Source of the DNA: a virus
Taxonomy: Duplodnaviria; Caudoviricetes
IMG/VR virus record: IMGVR_UViG_3300034121_001426
Coordinates: 1-61,396 of that record
Reading direction: 5' to 3' (one strand)
DNA: 61,396 nt
Of this stretch, positions 31,224 through 39,962 are shown one piece after another. Below the pieces are notes generated by a model. That model saw only the letters and a program-made list of their open reading frames with translations, was not told where the DNA came from and searched no databases. Within the stretch, counting starts at the first letter, position 1, and every line of letters starts with the position of its first letter. Made by a program: the position numbers and the translations under genes.

Positions 31224-31580
31224 TTATTCATGCTGCCAGGCATCCTGAGATTGTGTTTGCAGCTTGTGAATGATCCAATCCAGGGTCATGATCTTGGTAA
31301 GCTGGCCCAGTCTGGGACCATCCTCCTGATGCAGGATCATCTGGTAGAGCACTCTGAACCACCAACGCAGCTCTGAGAGAAAGTGCAGCTTGCCAGCCTC
31401 ATAGAACACACTCTGAATCTCTTCTTCAGTGTTGTCATCACACATGTGATCCAGTTGAGATACCAACTGGTTGATACACTCACGCAAGAGCATGCTGCGA
31501 GCACGGATATCATCCAGCGGCATATCTTCAGGAACCAAGCCACGCACATACAAAAATGCAGCCAACGGATCACTTGTCAC
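31224..31580 (-). CDS. Stand-alone class I lysyl-tRNA synthetase anticodon-binding-like domain
   Basis: EEIQSVFYEAGK...WFRVLYQMILHQEDGPRLG. Confidence 0.7.
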   Translation of the reverse strand: MTSDPLAAFLYVRGLVPEDMPLDDIRARSMLLRECINQLVSQLDHMCDDNTEEEIQSVFYEAGKLHFLSELRWWFRVLYQMILHQEDGPRLGQLTKIMTLDWIIHKLQTQSQDAWQHE

Positions 31581-31643
31581 AACACAATTCCTATACTATA
31601 TCACAAGTGAGCATATAGCTTATGCTCACTTGTGTCAAGCTGT

Positions 31644-32087
31644 TTAGGGCTTGCCCGTTTGAGTAGAGGTGGTTTGCTTCTTGATCTCACGTGTTTCTTT
31701 TTCCATCCAGGCAGTGAGCAGCTCGATGCCAGGATCAACCACTGAGTTCACCCTGGGATGGTTGAGAACCTTCTCACCCATTTCGCTGGCAGTAATCAAC
31801 AGCACTGTCTGACGGGTGGGTGTGATTGAGGCAATACTGCCTGCCAAAACAAACAACCCTGTGAATCCCCAAAACCAACGCCAAGCTTTGGTGCGCATGC
31901 TCCTGCGGAAGACCAGGTCATCCCCCTTGAGCTTATCGCTAAATCTATCAGTTTCATCGTGCATTACCAGCCAAACAACCATACACACCACGGCCAGGAT
32001 GCCAAACATCACAGCAAGAAACGTGAGGAAATTGCCCACACTGCCTGTGACACCTGCCAGATAGATCAAAAAGCTGAGACTGTTCAT
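31644..32087 (-). CDS. Membrane protein
   Basis: Two TM helices, own early promoter. Confidence 0.75.
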   Translation of the reverse strand: MNSLSFLIYLAGVTGSVGNFLTFLAVMFGILAVVCMVVWLVMHDETDRFSDKLKGDDLVFRRSMRTKAWRWFWGFTGLFVLAGSIASITPTRQTVLLITASEMGEKVLNHPRVNSVVDPGIELLTAWMEKETREIKKQTTSTQTGKP

Positions 32088-32163
32088 AACTATGTCTTCC
32101 TATATTGAGATAAACTGTTTATGAGTGCATAATAGCAAAATTCACTATTAAGTCAATAAGTGT

Positions 32164-32221
32164 GCAGTTCGCGGATCTGAACCATCCCAACTGCTCTAAA
32201 CGCTTGAAAGGAGCATTCAGC
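32164..32221 (+). promoter_or_regulatory. Conserved bulged-hairpin leader of GIY-YIG gene, copy 1
   Basis: gcagtt-cgc-ggat...atcc-c-aactgc-tcta; same architecture at 47675. Confidence 0.6.
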
Positions 32222-33118
32222 ATGATATATTATATAATATATGAAACTACCAATCAAATCAATGGAAAAAAATATAGAGGCGCACATGTCTGTGAAGACC
32301 TAAATTATGGGTACCTAGGCAGTGGTACTAACCTCAAACAGGCTATGCGCAAATATGGCAAGCATCAATTCTCCAGAGAAATAATATACATGGCCTTTGA
32401 TTATGATGCTATGTGGGCAGCAGAGGCTATATTTGTAGATCAAGACTGGATTAGTAGGCCAGACGTATACAATATAAGTTTGGGCGGAAGAGGATCCAGA
32501 GGATTTCAACGTCAGATAACAGATGAACAGCGCCAACAAAGGTCTCTTGAAGCCAAAGCCAGATGGTTAAGACCAGATTATAGACAAAAGAATTGTGCAT
32601 CACAAAGGAGGAAGGCACCTCCTTCTCCTGAGGCAAGGCTCATCTTGAGCCTTGCCGGCAAGGGTATTGCCAACAGCACAGAACATAATGAGAACATCTC
32701 AAAAGGGCTTAAACAATTGTTCACCAATCCGGATGCACGATTGAAGAGAAGTGAACAGTCAACCAAATGCAATGCAAGGCCGGAAGTAAGGCACAAAATT
32801 GCGCAAGCTTTGACGGGGATAAAAAGAAGTGACGCAACAAGACAGAAGAGTAGATCAGCAGCTCAAAAGAGAGTTCAAAATCCCGAATACCTGGAGGCAC
32901 AACGTATATCACAAACCAAGAGGTGGCAAGAATGTCCTGCCACCTGGTGGAACAATGGAATCAAAAACATCCGTAGTGTGGATAAACCAGGAGAGGAGTT
33001 TCAACCAGGTCGCATATCCTTTGGTACTTGGTGGACTAACGGTCAAAAAAGTGTCATGAGTATAGAATGTCCGGGAGATGGTTGGTCTCCCGGACGCAGG
33101 ATAAACAAGGGTATTTGA
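32222..33118 (+). CDS. Free-standing GIY-YIG (Seg-like) homing endonuclease
   Basis: YIIYETTNQINGKKYRG, YLGSG; basic repeats; WWNNG/CPGDGW tail. Confidence 0.85.
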   Translation: MIYYIIYETTNQINGKKYRGAHVCEDLNYGYLGSGTNLKQAMRKYGKHQFSREIIYMAFDYDAMWAAEAIFVDQDWISRPDVYNISLGGRGSRGFQRQITDEQRQQRSLEAKARWLRPDYRQKNCASQRRKAPPSPEARLILSLAGKGIANSTEHNENISKGLKQLFTNPDARLKRSEQSTKCNARPEVRHKIAQALTGIKRSDATRQKSRSAAQKRVQNPEYLEAQRISQTKRWQECPATWWNNGIKNIRSVDKPGEEFQPGRISFGTWWTNGQKSVMSIECPGDGWSPGRRINKGI

Positions 33119-34778
33119 TGTCTTCCAAAAACTGAGCACTCATGAGTAATACTTGTTCAAGGTGTTCAGTGGAGACTTCCACTCCCTGACTCTTGGCCAA
33201 GCTTCGAGCCAGTCTGATGGAATTCTTAATTTGCCGCCCATTAATCTCATGAACGCACAGTTTGTCCACATCAATATTTGTGGGCATACCAGATGCTGAG
33301 AGTAGGTTCTGCCATACCTGACGTCGGTTAAGAGGTGTCAACTTGTCGTATTTGAGCGCAACACTGATTCTGCTATAAAATGCAGGATCAAATTCAGTAA
33401 CCCGGTTTGTGGTGAGGAACATCACATCCTGATGGTATTCAGTCAACCTCAAAAATACACTGACGCAACTGTTGCGCATAATATCACCATGTCCGCGCTT
33501 CTCCAGGAAGATGTCAGCCTCGTCGATGAGGATCACAGCATTCCAGATCTGAGCCACATCCAGGATCTGACGCAGGCTCTTCTCCAGCTGAGCAGTGTCT
33601 GTGCCCAGCTCGCCTACTGCCACGCTGTAGAGCGGACGCTGGAGCAGTTCGCTCACACTTTCTGCTGTGAGGGTCTTGCCCACACCAGGATCACCATGCA
33701 ACAGGAAGATGCAACCACCGCCCTTGCCGCTGATGATATCGCTGAACCCGCCACTGTTGTCTTCCACCAGGGCACGGATCATGGCCTTCTTCTCAGGATC
33801 CATCACCAGCTGATCATATGCCTCCGTGCGGAACTCAATGTCAGTTATGTCACTCACTGCAAAACGTCCCCACTGCTTGGCCATGAAGCTGAAGCCCTGA
33901 ACGTAAGGGTCAGTCATCCACAGCTGATCTGCAGGAATGGTGGCCATGGTGTTGTTTTCGCTGTTGCGTCGCATGCGGCCACCATCCTGGAACTGATCGT
34001 AGGTGGTGAGGTCCACCATGATGCGGCCAGTGGCACGCATGGGCGTCCAATACGACCACTTCTTGACATCCATGTGACCAGTGAACTGCTTGTAGTGGCT
34101 GCCCACTGCCAGCTTTTCATACGCTGCACCACGCTGGGCAAGCTCTCGCTTCTGTGCCTCGGTGATCAGTGTGATGTTGAGGCTGTTGATGTCCTTGACG
34201 CCCTTGAAGGCATCCACCTGAGCACTGTCACGAGCAATGCCAAACTTGTTGCCAGTGCAGGTGATGTATTCGTATTCCACTTCCAGGTAGGTGCCAAAAA
34301 AGCTGGAGCGATAGGTGACATCACAGATGCGAGCACCCTGCAGATGATTGCCATGGATCACAATCTCCTTGCCAGGAGACAGCAGCATGCGCAGGCCTGC
34401 AAAGTTCAGCACACCACGGGTCACCATGTTGTTCACCTGCTCCAAGTACTGCTGATTTTCAGCGCGCACCAGGTTCACCAGGTCTCGCAGACCAGGAGTG
34501 CGACTGTTGTGTTGCAGCTCATGTTCCAGACTGGAGAGCTCATAGAACAGATCTGCAATGCTCACAACAGGTTCGCGATCATACAGGTTGGGGATCTCAC
34601 GAGTGCAATCTCGAAGAGCAGTAATCAATCGGTCGTTCTTGAGTTCAACCATCTTTTCACCACCATCTTCTGTGGTTACCAGATTGTAGGCGCGTGTAGC
34701 AGCGGTTTTGGCAGACTTGGCGGTCTTGGCAGACTTGATTTCCATGGGAACAGTCTCTAGTGTTACAGTCTTGGTCAC
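33054..34778 (-). CDS. AAA+ ATPase
   Basis: GDPGVGKT, ILIDEAD, FLTTNR; 3' end overlaps the HEG by 65 bp. Confidence 0.9.
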   Translation of the reverse strand: MTKTVTLETVPMEIKSAKTAKSAKTAATRAYNLVTTEDGGEKMVELKNDRLITALRDCTREIPNLYDREPVVSIADLFYELSSLEHELQHNSRTPGLRDLVNLVRAENQQYLEQVNNMVTRGVLNFAGLRMLLSPGKEIVIHGNHLQGARICDVTYRSSFFGTYLEVEYEYITCTGNKFGIARDSAQVDAFKGVKDINSLNITLITEAQKRELAQRGAAYEKLAVGSHYKQFTGHMDVKKWSYWTPMRATGRIMVDLTTYDQFQDGGRMRRNSENNTMATIPADQLWMTDPYVQGFSFMAKQWGRFAVSDITDIEFRTEAYDQLVMDPEKKAMIRALVEDNSGGFSDIISGKGGGCIFLLHGDPGVGKTLTAESVSELLQRPLYSVAVGELGTDTAQLEKSLRQILDVAQIWNAVILIDEADIFLEKRGHGDIMRNSCVSVFLRLTEYHQDVMFLTTNRVTEFDPAFYSRISVALKYDKLTPLNRRQVWQNLLSASGMPTNIDVDKLCVHEINGRQIKNSIRLARSLAKSQGVEVSTEHLEQVLLMSAQFLEDIKYPCLSCVRETNHLPDILYS

Positions 34779-34818
34779 TTTGTAGGTCCTTGTTGGATTG
34801 CTAATATGTGTATGATAA

Positions 34819-34851
34819 CACCCAGCCTGGGTGACACCCAGGCTGGGTGTG
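34819..34851. repeat. Palindromic 16-bp duplication inside a promoter spacer
   Basis: acacccagcctgggtg-a-cacccaggctgggtgt. Confidence 0.75.
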
Positions 34852-34861
34852 TCAACAGTTT

Positions 34862-35110
34862 TTACTTGCCAAACTGAGAGTTGAGCAGTGCAGTATCTTC
34901 AGGACGGCTGCAGACACCCAGGCTGGTGCTGCTACCATGGGCCTCAAAATGCACTTCACCGTCTGTGTTCACAGTGATGTTGACAAATCCAGCACCCAGC
35001 ACATGGCCCAGATTGGCAGCCATTTGAGCATGACTGACCCAGGTAGGGAACATCACGCATGTGTCTGCAAGATCAGTCTCATAGACAATATATTTGATCA
35101 TTCTGTTCAT
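34862..35110 (-). CDS. Hypothetical phage protein
   Basis: AGFV...HGSSTSLGVCSRPED motif; own promoter. Confidence 0.7.
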   Translation of the reverse strand: MNRMIKYIVYETDLADTCVMFPTWVSHAQMAANLGHVLGAGFVNITVNTDGEVHFEAHGSSTSLGVCSRPEDTALLNSQFGK

Positions 35111-35159
35111 CTCAGTGGTTCCTTATTGTGTGCTAATACTAGCACACAATCCCACTATG

Positions 35160-35576
35160 TCAAGTGGGACCCACAATATCGCCCTGTTGGGTGGGGAATC
35201 TGGTGACATTGAGACTGTCCAAATGCTCCTGATAGGCATCTCTACCACCTTCTTGCATCCAGGCTGAATAACTCCATTCATACATCTGATACTGATCAGG
35301 CAGCAAACTCATGCCCTGATTATCTTCAAAGGTTTGACTGTATTCTGCAAGCCTGGGATCATCGGCACCTGAAAACCTCACATGAAAAAAGCCAGTATGG
35401 GCTTCACAGAAATGCACAGTTTGCACTTCCTGTACAATTAGATTGCGAGTTTGAAACCATTCCATTTGACGCATGAGGTTATCACTATCAAAATTCAGGT
35501 CTCTGATGAAATATTGCACAAAATATTGGTTTTTCTGAGCGTCACTCAGAATTTGTTCTGCATAGGGAAGACTCAC
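35160..35576 (-). CDS. Hypothetical protein
   Basis: GTG start after AGGAG; the upstream part of the track ORF is the repeat read off-frame. Confidence 0.6.
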   Translation of the reverse strand: MSLPYAEQILSDAQKNQYFVQYFIRDLNFDSDNLMRQMEWFQTRNLIVQEVQTVHFCEAHTGFFHVRFSGADDPRLAEYSQTFEDNQGMSLLPDQYQMYEWSYSAWMQEGGRDAYQEHLDSLNVTRFPTQQGDIVGPT

Positions 35577-35578
35577 AG

Positions 35579-35821
35579 TCAAAATCTCCTGTAGGGGTTG
35601 TTGTAATATCCTGGATTGTATCTGGGATACATAGGAATAGGTCTGGGTGGAGGCACATACACTCTGGGAGGTGGCACAACATACACTGGTGGAGGCACAT
35701 ACACTCTGGGAGGTGGCACAACATACACTGGTGGAGGCACATACACTCTGGGCACAGGTGCCACATAGCCCACGCATGCTGACATCATCAGCAATGACAA
35801 CAGTGCAACCGCACGCATCAT
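35579..35821 (-). CDS. Proline-rich repeat lipoprotein
   Basis: Lipobox MSAC; 42-bp tandem repeat encoding PPPVYVVPPPRVYV. Confidence 0.7.
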   Translation of the reverse strand: MMRAVALLSLLMMSACVGYVAPVPRVYVPPPVYVVPPPRVYVPPPVYVVPPPRVYVPPPRPIPMYPRYNPGYYNNPYRRF

Positions 35822-36330
35822 GAGGTGATGCCAGTGCTGCCAAATCCCCCTGTTCGGCTGGTACGTGCTTCTGGCTTGGTGGCAGTTTCTTCCACAATCA
35901 TCTGTTGCACAGGCACCAGTTCACACTGAGCAATTCTGTCACCATGTTTGATTTCAAAACTCATTTCTGTATTGTTTACCAAGGCAACAAATGTTTCATG
36001 GTAATAGTCGCTGTCAATCACACCTTGACAATTGATGAGGTTGATGCCCGTTTTCACACTTAATCCGCTTCTGGGATGAATTCTCAGACTATATCCCTCT
36101 GGAATCTCAAAAATCAAGCCAGTGGGCACCAGCATTCTATGACCACCCCACAGTTCGATTTTTTGATTGCTCACTCTGCTGCTGGCGTTTTCATTATATT
36201 GATTAAAGATCTTGACCCATTCATTATCAGTCAAACATGCACTGATATCCCAACAGGCTGCCTGTTCAGTTGCTCTTGTGGGCAGAACAGCATGTGGTTG
36301 GGTCTTGTAGATCTTGAGAGTGGGTGTCAT
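35818..36330 (-). CDS. dut: dUTPase
   Basis: PRSGL, GVIDSDY, GDRIAQ, RTGGFGSTG. Confidence 0.95.
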   Translation of the reverse strand: MTPTLKIYKTQPHAVLPTRATEQAACWDISACLTDNEWVKIFNQYNENASSRVSNQKIELWGGHRMLVPTGLIFEIPEGYSLRIHPRSGLSVKTGINLINCQGVIDSDYYHETFVALVNNTEMSFEIKHGDRIAQCELVPVQQMIVEETATKPEARTSRTGGFGSTGITS

Positions 36331-36647
36331 GATTGTTCTCCCTGGGGTTCAATTTCCACACGCAGGGGATGACCATTGGCCCTGGCTGTGGCCACAGTTT
36401 CATCACGCTTGGCAGCAGCCACTTCATACGTGTAGGTGGCCACTGGTGCTCTGCCCTTTTGGTGAATCAAATGTGTGATTTCTGTTGCTTGATCCAGATC
36501 TTTGTTGAAAAATTGCATGAGGATCAGCACAACAAACTCAAAATAGGTTTTGTTGTCGTTGTAAAAAATAACATCAAACATGCTGGGAGGCTGCACCTTG
36601 GTGGTGGTTTTCTCTACAGTTTGTGTTGTTGATTGACTATTACTCAC
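36327..36647 (-). CDS. clpS: ClpS adaptor
   Basis: VIFYNDNKTYFEFVV, IHQKGRA, GHPLR. Confidence 0.88.
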   Translation of the reverse strand: MSNSQSTTQTVEKTTTKVQPPSMFDVIFYNDNKTYFEFVVLILMQFFNKDLDQATEITHLIHQKGRAPVATYTYEVAAAKRDETVATARANGHPLRVEIEPQGEQS

Positions 36648-36688
36648 GGGTTGTCTCCTGCTAGGCTAATGATAATCGTGTGAGCTGA

Positions 36689-37213
36689 TTATGTCAAATG
36701 TGGTTGTATGGCTTGCCAGATTGTGTCCACAGCTGGCTCACCACCCACAATGCTGCTGTAGGGAATATCATAGATGTCCAGCAAATTTCTCACCAGGGTG
36801 TCAAATTCTCTAGCCTCGTGTTCATCCTGATTTCTGCCCACTGGATTGTAGGCAAAGTTCCTGGTCAACAGAAAATTTATGTTGTGGTATCTGTTGAAAA
36901 CTTCCATGACCAGGTTGCTGAAATTGTCTCCCAGCGTGTTGGGTTTCACATAAACCAGGCCCAGGGGGATGGGACTGTCAGTGATCACCCAATCAAGATT
37001 GTGTTCCACCAACCTGGCTATGCGCCTCTGCTGTTTGGCAAACACATAGATCTGATCTTCCAAGATGTTGTATCGTCGTTCCCAGGTGAGGTCCTTGGCA
37101 TATTCCTGAATTAACTCACACTCAATACCCACTGATTTCATGTGATAAAACAGCCCAGCCGCATTGGTACTCTTGCCAGTTCCGGGACCTCCAAAAATAT
37201 TCAATACTTTCAT
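36689..37213 (-). CDS. P-loop NTPase (NadR/AAA_28-like)
   Basis: GGPGTGKS, EYAKDL, ITDSP. Confidence 0.8.
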   Translation of the reverse strand: MKVLNIFGGPGTGKSTNAAGLFYHMKSVGIECELIQEYAKDLTWERRYNILEDQIYVFAKQQRRIARLVEHNLDWVITDSPIPLGLVYVKPNTLGDNFSNLVMEVFNRYHNINFLLTRNFAYNPVGRNQDEHEAREFDTLVRNLLDIYDIPYSSIVGGEPAVDTIWQAIQPHLT

Positions 37214-37312
37214 TTGTTGTTTCCCTGTTTGTATCACAACTGTAAACTGAATGTCACAGTCAAGTCAAAGAAAAGGAGGAGGATTTGCATCCTCCCCTTG
37301 CATGGCTCAGGA

Positions 37313-37783
37313 TCAGCCTTGTATGGCTGGTGAGGCAAGTGCATTGCCAATGGCAATTTTGCGTGGCTTGAGAGCTTCGGGAATTTCCTTGCGGAAATTG
37401 ATGGTCAAGACCCCGTTGTTGAGATCACTGTCAGTCACATACACATATTGATCCAGGTAGAAGATTCTGGTGAAGTTTCTGCCTGCGATGCCCTTGTGCA
37501 GGAAGGTCCTGGCATCATCCTTTTGTACTCTGCCTGTGACAGTGAGCACACCATCATGTTCTGTGATGTCCAAATCTTCAGCACTGTATCCTGCCACAGC
37601 CATGCTGAGGCGGAATTCAGTGTCGCTGATCTTTTCTAGATCATATGGGGGAAAGCCCTGATTGCTGTTGTGGCGGATGTGATCCAGAACACGGAAAGTG
37701 GGTTCATATCCCACTGCGAACCTGTTGAGGTCACGCATGAGTTCATCCAGATACTTGTCGAGTGAAAGTGTCGCTGTACGCAT
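37313..37783 (-). CDS. Small heat-shock protein (Hsp20/IbpA-like)
   Basis: FPPYDL, MAVAGY, HKGIAGRNF, NGVLTI, PEALKPRKIAI. Confidence 0.92.
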   Translation of the reverse strand: MRTATLSLDKYLDELMRDLNRFAVGYEPTFRVLDHIRHNSNQGFPPYDLEKISDTEFRLSMAVAGYSAEDLDITEHDGVLTVTGRVQKDDARTFLHKGIAGRNFTRIFYLDQYVYVTDSDLNNGVLTINFRKEIPEALKPRKIAIGNALASPAIQG

Positions 37784-37790
37784 GTTGATT

Positions 37791-37807
37791 CTCCTTGATA
37801 AAGCGAG
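37791..37807 (-). promoter_or_regulatory. ROSE-like RNA thermometer hairpin
   Basis: CUC(G)CUU-UAUC-AAGGAG: UCGCU pairs with the SD, with a bulged G. Confidence 0.6.
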
Positions 37808-37887
37808 ATTTATATGTGAGCCCTCATTAGGCACTCACTGTGAACACTATGTTCACATGAATTATTTACATAATCTAGTCTACAAAG

Positions 37888-38214
37888 TCAATCTAGGCTG
37901 AGTAAATTTCCCCAAACCATTTCAAAAATGCTGGAATCCTGATCAAACATGCGAATTTCCCATTTGTGGAATTTTTGATTGTGGATACTGTTGCTTTTGA
38001 GTTGCCTATTTGCCCAGGCAACACTGTTGTTGCCATAACCACCTGCAATTATTTGATCAGTTATCTTGATGAATATAAAGTTGTGTGTGCAGTGATTGCT
38101 CAACCATCCCCCCATGGTTTCCTGTTGTTTGGCTGTGAGCGGTTCTGTGAATTCATAGGTGACGTCAAAAACTCCCTGAGGATCGGTCTTATACAACGGA
38201 GGCCAAGTATTCAT
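37888..38214 (-). CDS. Hypothetical protein
   Basis: Ends IFEMVWGNLLSLD. Confidence 0.55.
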   Translation of the reverse strand: MNTWPPLYKTDPQGVFDVTYEFTEPLTAKQQETMGGWLSNHCTHNFIFIKITDQIIAGGYGNNSVAWANRQLKSNSIHNQKFHKWEIRMFDQDSSIFEMVWGNLLSLD

Positions 38215-38262
38215 GCCAATAATTATGCACAAAAGATTGTTAGGTCAACTATAAATAAACAC

Positions 38263-38913
38263 ATGAGATACGATGTTTTGCAATCCCCAGTTATTCAAGA
38301 AGGTGTTCACGATGTGGGCATTTTCAAGGCAGTGTTCATGGCTGGCAGCCCCGGCAGTGGCAAGAGTACTGTGAGAAGAATCCTATTTGGAGGCCTGGGC
38401 TTCAAAACTGTGGATGCTGATGAAATCCGTGCTGCCTGGATCAAGCTGGGCAGAGAAGGTGACTATCAGAAATATGGTGAGATTGTTCGCAAACAACGCC
38501 AGAGTTACATGGATCAAAGACTGGGCTTAATTTGGGACACCACTGCCTGGTGGTTGTCCAGCATCAAGGAAACCACTCATCAGCTACAGGACATGGGTTA
38601 TGATGTGGGCATGGTGCATGTGTGGACACCCTTGGATGTGGCCATGAACAGAGTAGCCAGCAGAGCTCATCTCACTGGGCGCGAAGTTCCCGAAGAGGAA
38701 ATAACCAAACGCTATCAGGCTCTCAAAGATAACACCAAACACTATGTGGAAATGTTTGGTGATCATTATTGGTTTGTGGATAACAGTGGTGAACAACCCA
38801 AGCTGGACAGAATACAAAGAAGTGTGCTGCGTTGGATTAAATCTCCGCCCAGCTCTCCCATTGCACAACAATGGATGGCTAGTCAAAAACTTGTTGGTCA
38901 ACCACCCAAATAA
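38263..38913 (+). CDS. Zeta-toxin-like P-loop kinase
   Basis: KAVFMAGSPGSGKS, VDAD, IWDTT; TATAAATA upstream. Confidence 0.75.
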   Translation: MRYDVLQSPVIQEGVHDVGIFKAVFMAGSPGSGKSTVRRILFGGLGFKTVDADEIRAAWIKLGREGDYQKYGEIVRKQRQSYMDQRLGLIWDTTAWWLSSIKETTHQLQDMGYDVGMVHVWTPLDVAMNRVASRAHLTGREVPEEEITKRYQALKDNTKHYVEMFGDHYWFVDNSGEQPKLDRIQRSVLRWIKSPPSSPIAQQWMASQKLVGQPPK

Positions 38914-38916
38914 TCA

Positions 38917-39915
38917 CTACCAAGGGTTTGGATCGTTGCCTTCCAGGTAGCGATCAATAATATATTGTTTCCATTGATCCAATCTCAGGGCCCAATATTC
39001 GCCATTGATGAGAATTTCTCTGCCATCTATCATGGCATTTTCCAGATCGTCTGATCTGGGTTCCAGGTGGTTCATGATAGCCTCATCTGAGAGCAAATCC
39101 TCTTTGGTTTTGTTGAACTCATCTGGTAATTTTAGAGGATTGCCATCGTTGAAATTGTTCTGGATTTCCCAAAACACATCATCATCATAATTGTACCCAC
39201 TGATTTCCTTGCCCAGGGGAGTATCTCGCCATTCCGGCACATTATCCATCAACCAATTTCTCAATGAGATCATGAAATTGTCCTGCCAGCCAGCACCCAC
39301 AAGTGAATCATAACTGCTGAGTATCAAATCCCCGACATTTGTGGTGAGCACATGAACTCCATTCTTGGGAAAAATACAATATATGTGGCTACCATAATTA
39401 CTGGCAAAATCACGACTGGTGGTGGTGAAAATGCTGTTGCTTCTCAGTGCTTGGAAGCCATGGTTTCTCAGAGCTTGATCCAGTCTGTTGCTGATCTCTG
39501 TTCTGCTGTCCTTGGGTGCTCTGTCTTCTCTGCTGCGACCTTCAAAAACACTCACATCTGTTCTCAACCCTCTGTACAACATTTTGCCAGTGACTTTCAT
39601 CACAGGCAGGAAGTCACTGCACTCTCTGTCCAGAATGGCAAACATTCTGGTCATACCGTTGTCAGGACGCAGTTGCATGCGTTGCAAATAGGACACCTTG
39701 AGATCAATGCGTTTCTTGAGTTTTTCCAGACTGTCCTGTAATTGTTGATCTTTCTGGAACATGCTGCTCAAACTTTCGCTGGATGCCAAACTGTCCAGCA
39801 GTTGATCAATTTTATTCTGGATGTCTTGTGCTCTGCGTAGAGATAGATCATCTCTGATTTTTTTCTCGCCAGGCTGCAGGAGAGAGGAGTTTTCCAAAAG
39901 ATCCCATAATTTCAT
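38917..39915 (-). CDS. Late protein, ADP-ribosyltransferase-like paralog 2
   Basis: MKLWDLLE; LYRG, ALRSNSIFTTT, ASNYG, GREILING. Confidence 0.6.
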   Translation of the reverse strand: MKLWDLLENSSLLQPGEKKIRDDLSLRRAQDIQNKIDQLLDSLASSESLSSMFQKDQQLQDSLEKLKKRIDLKVSYLQRMQLRPDNGMTRMFAILDRECSDFLPVMKVTGKMLYRGLRTDVSVFEGRSREDRAPKDSRTEISNRLDQALRNHGFQALRSNSIFTTTSRDFASNYGSHIYCIFPKNGVHVLTTNVGDLILSSYDSLVGAGWQDNFMISLRNWLMDNVPEWRDTPLGKEISGYNYDDDVFWEIQNNFNDGNPLKLPDEFNKTKEDLLSDEAIMNHLEPRSDDLENAMIDGREILINGEYWALRLDQWKQYIIDRYLEGNDPNPW

Positions 39916-39962
39916 TTTAAATTGCACCGCATGTTTGAATTATTTATTTGGATTGAGTTCAT

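Noticed and set aside
35542-35897. Cys-rich repeat ORFs (CHLPECMC, CASTSVCC)
   Set aside because: Alternative frames of the Pro-rich lipoprotein repeat
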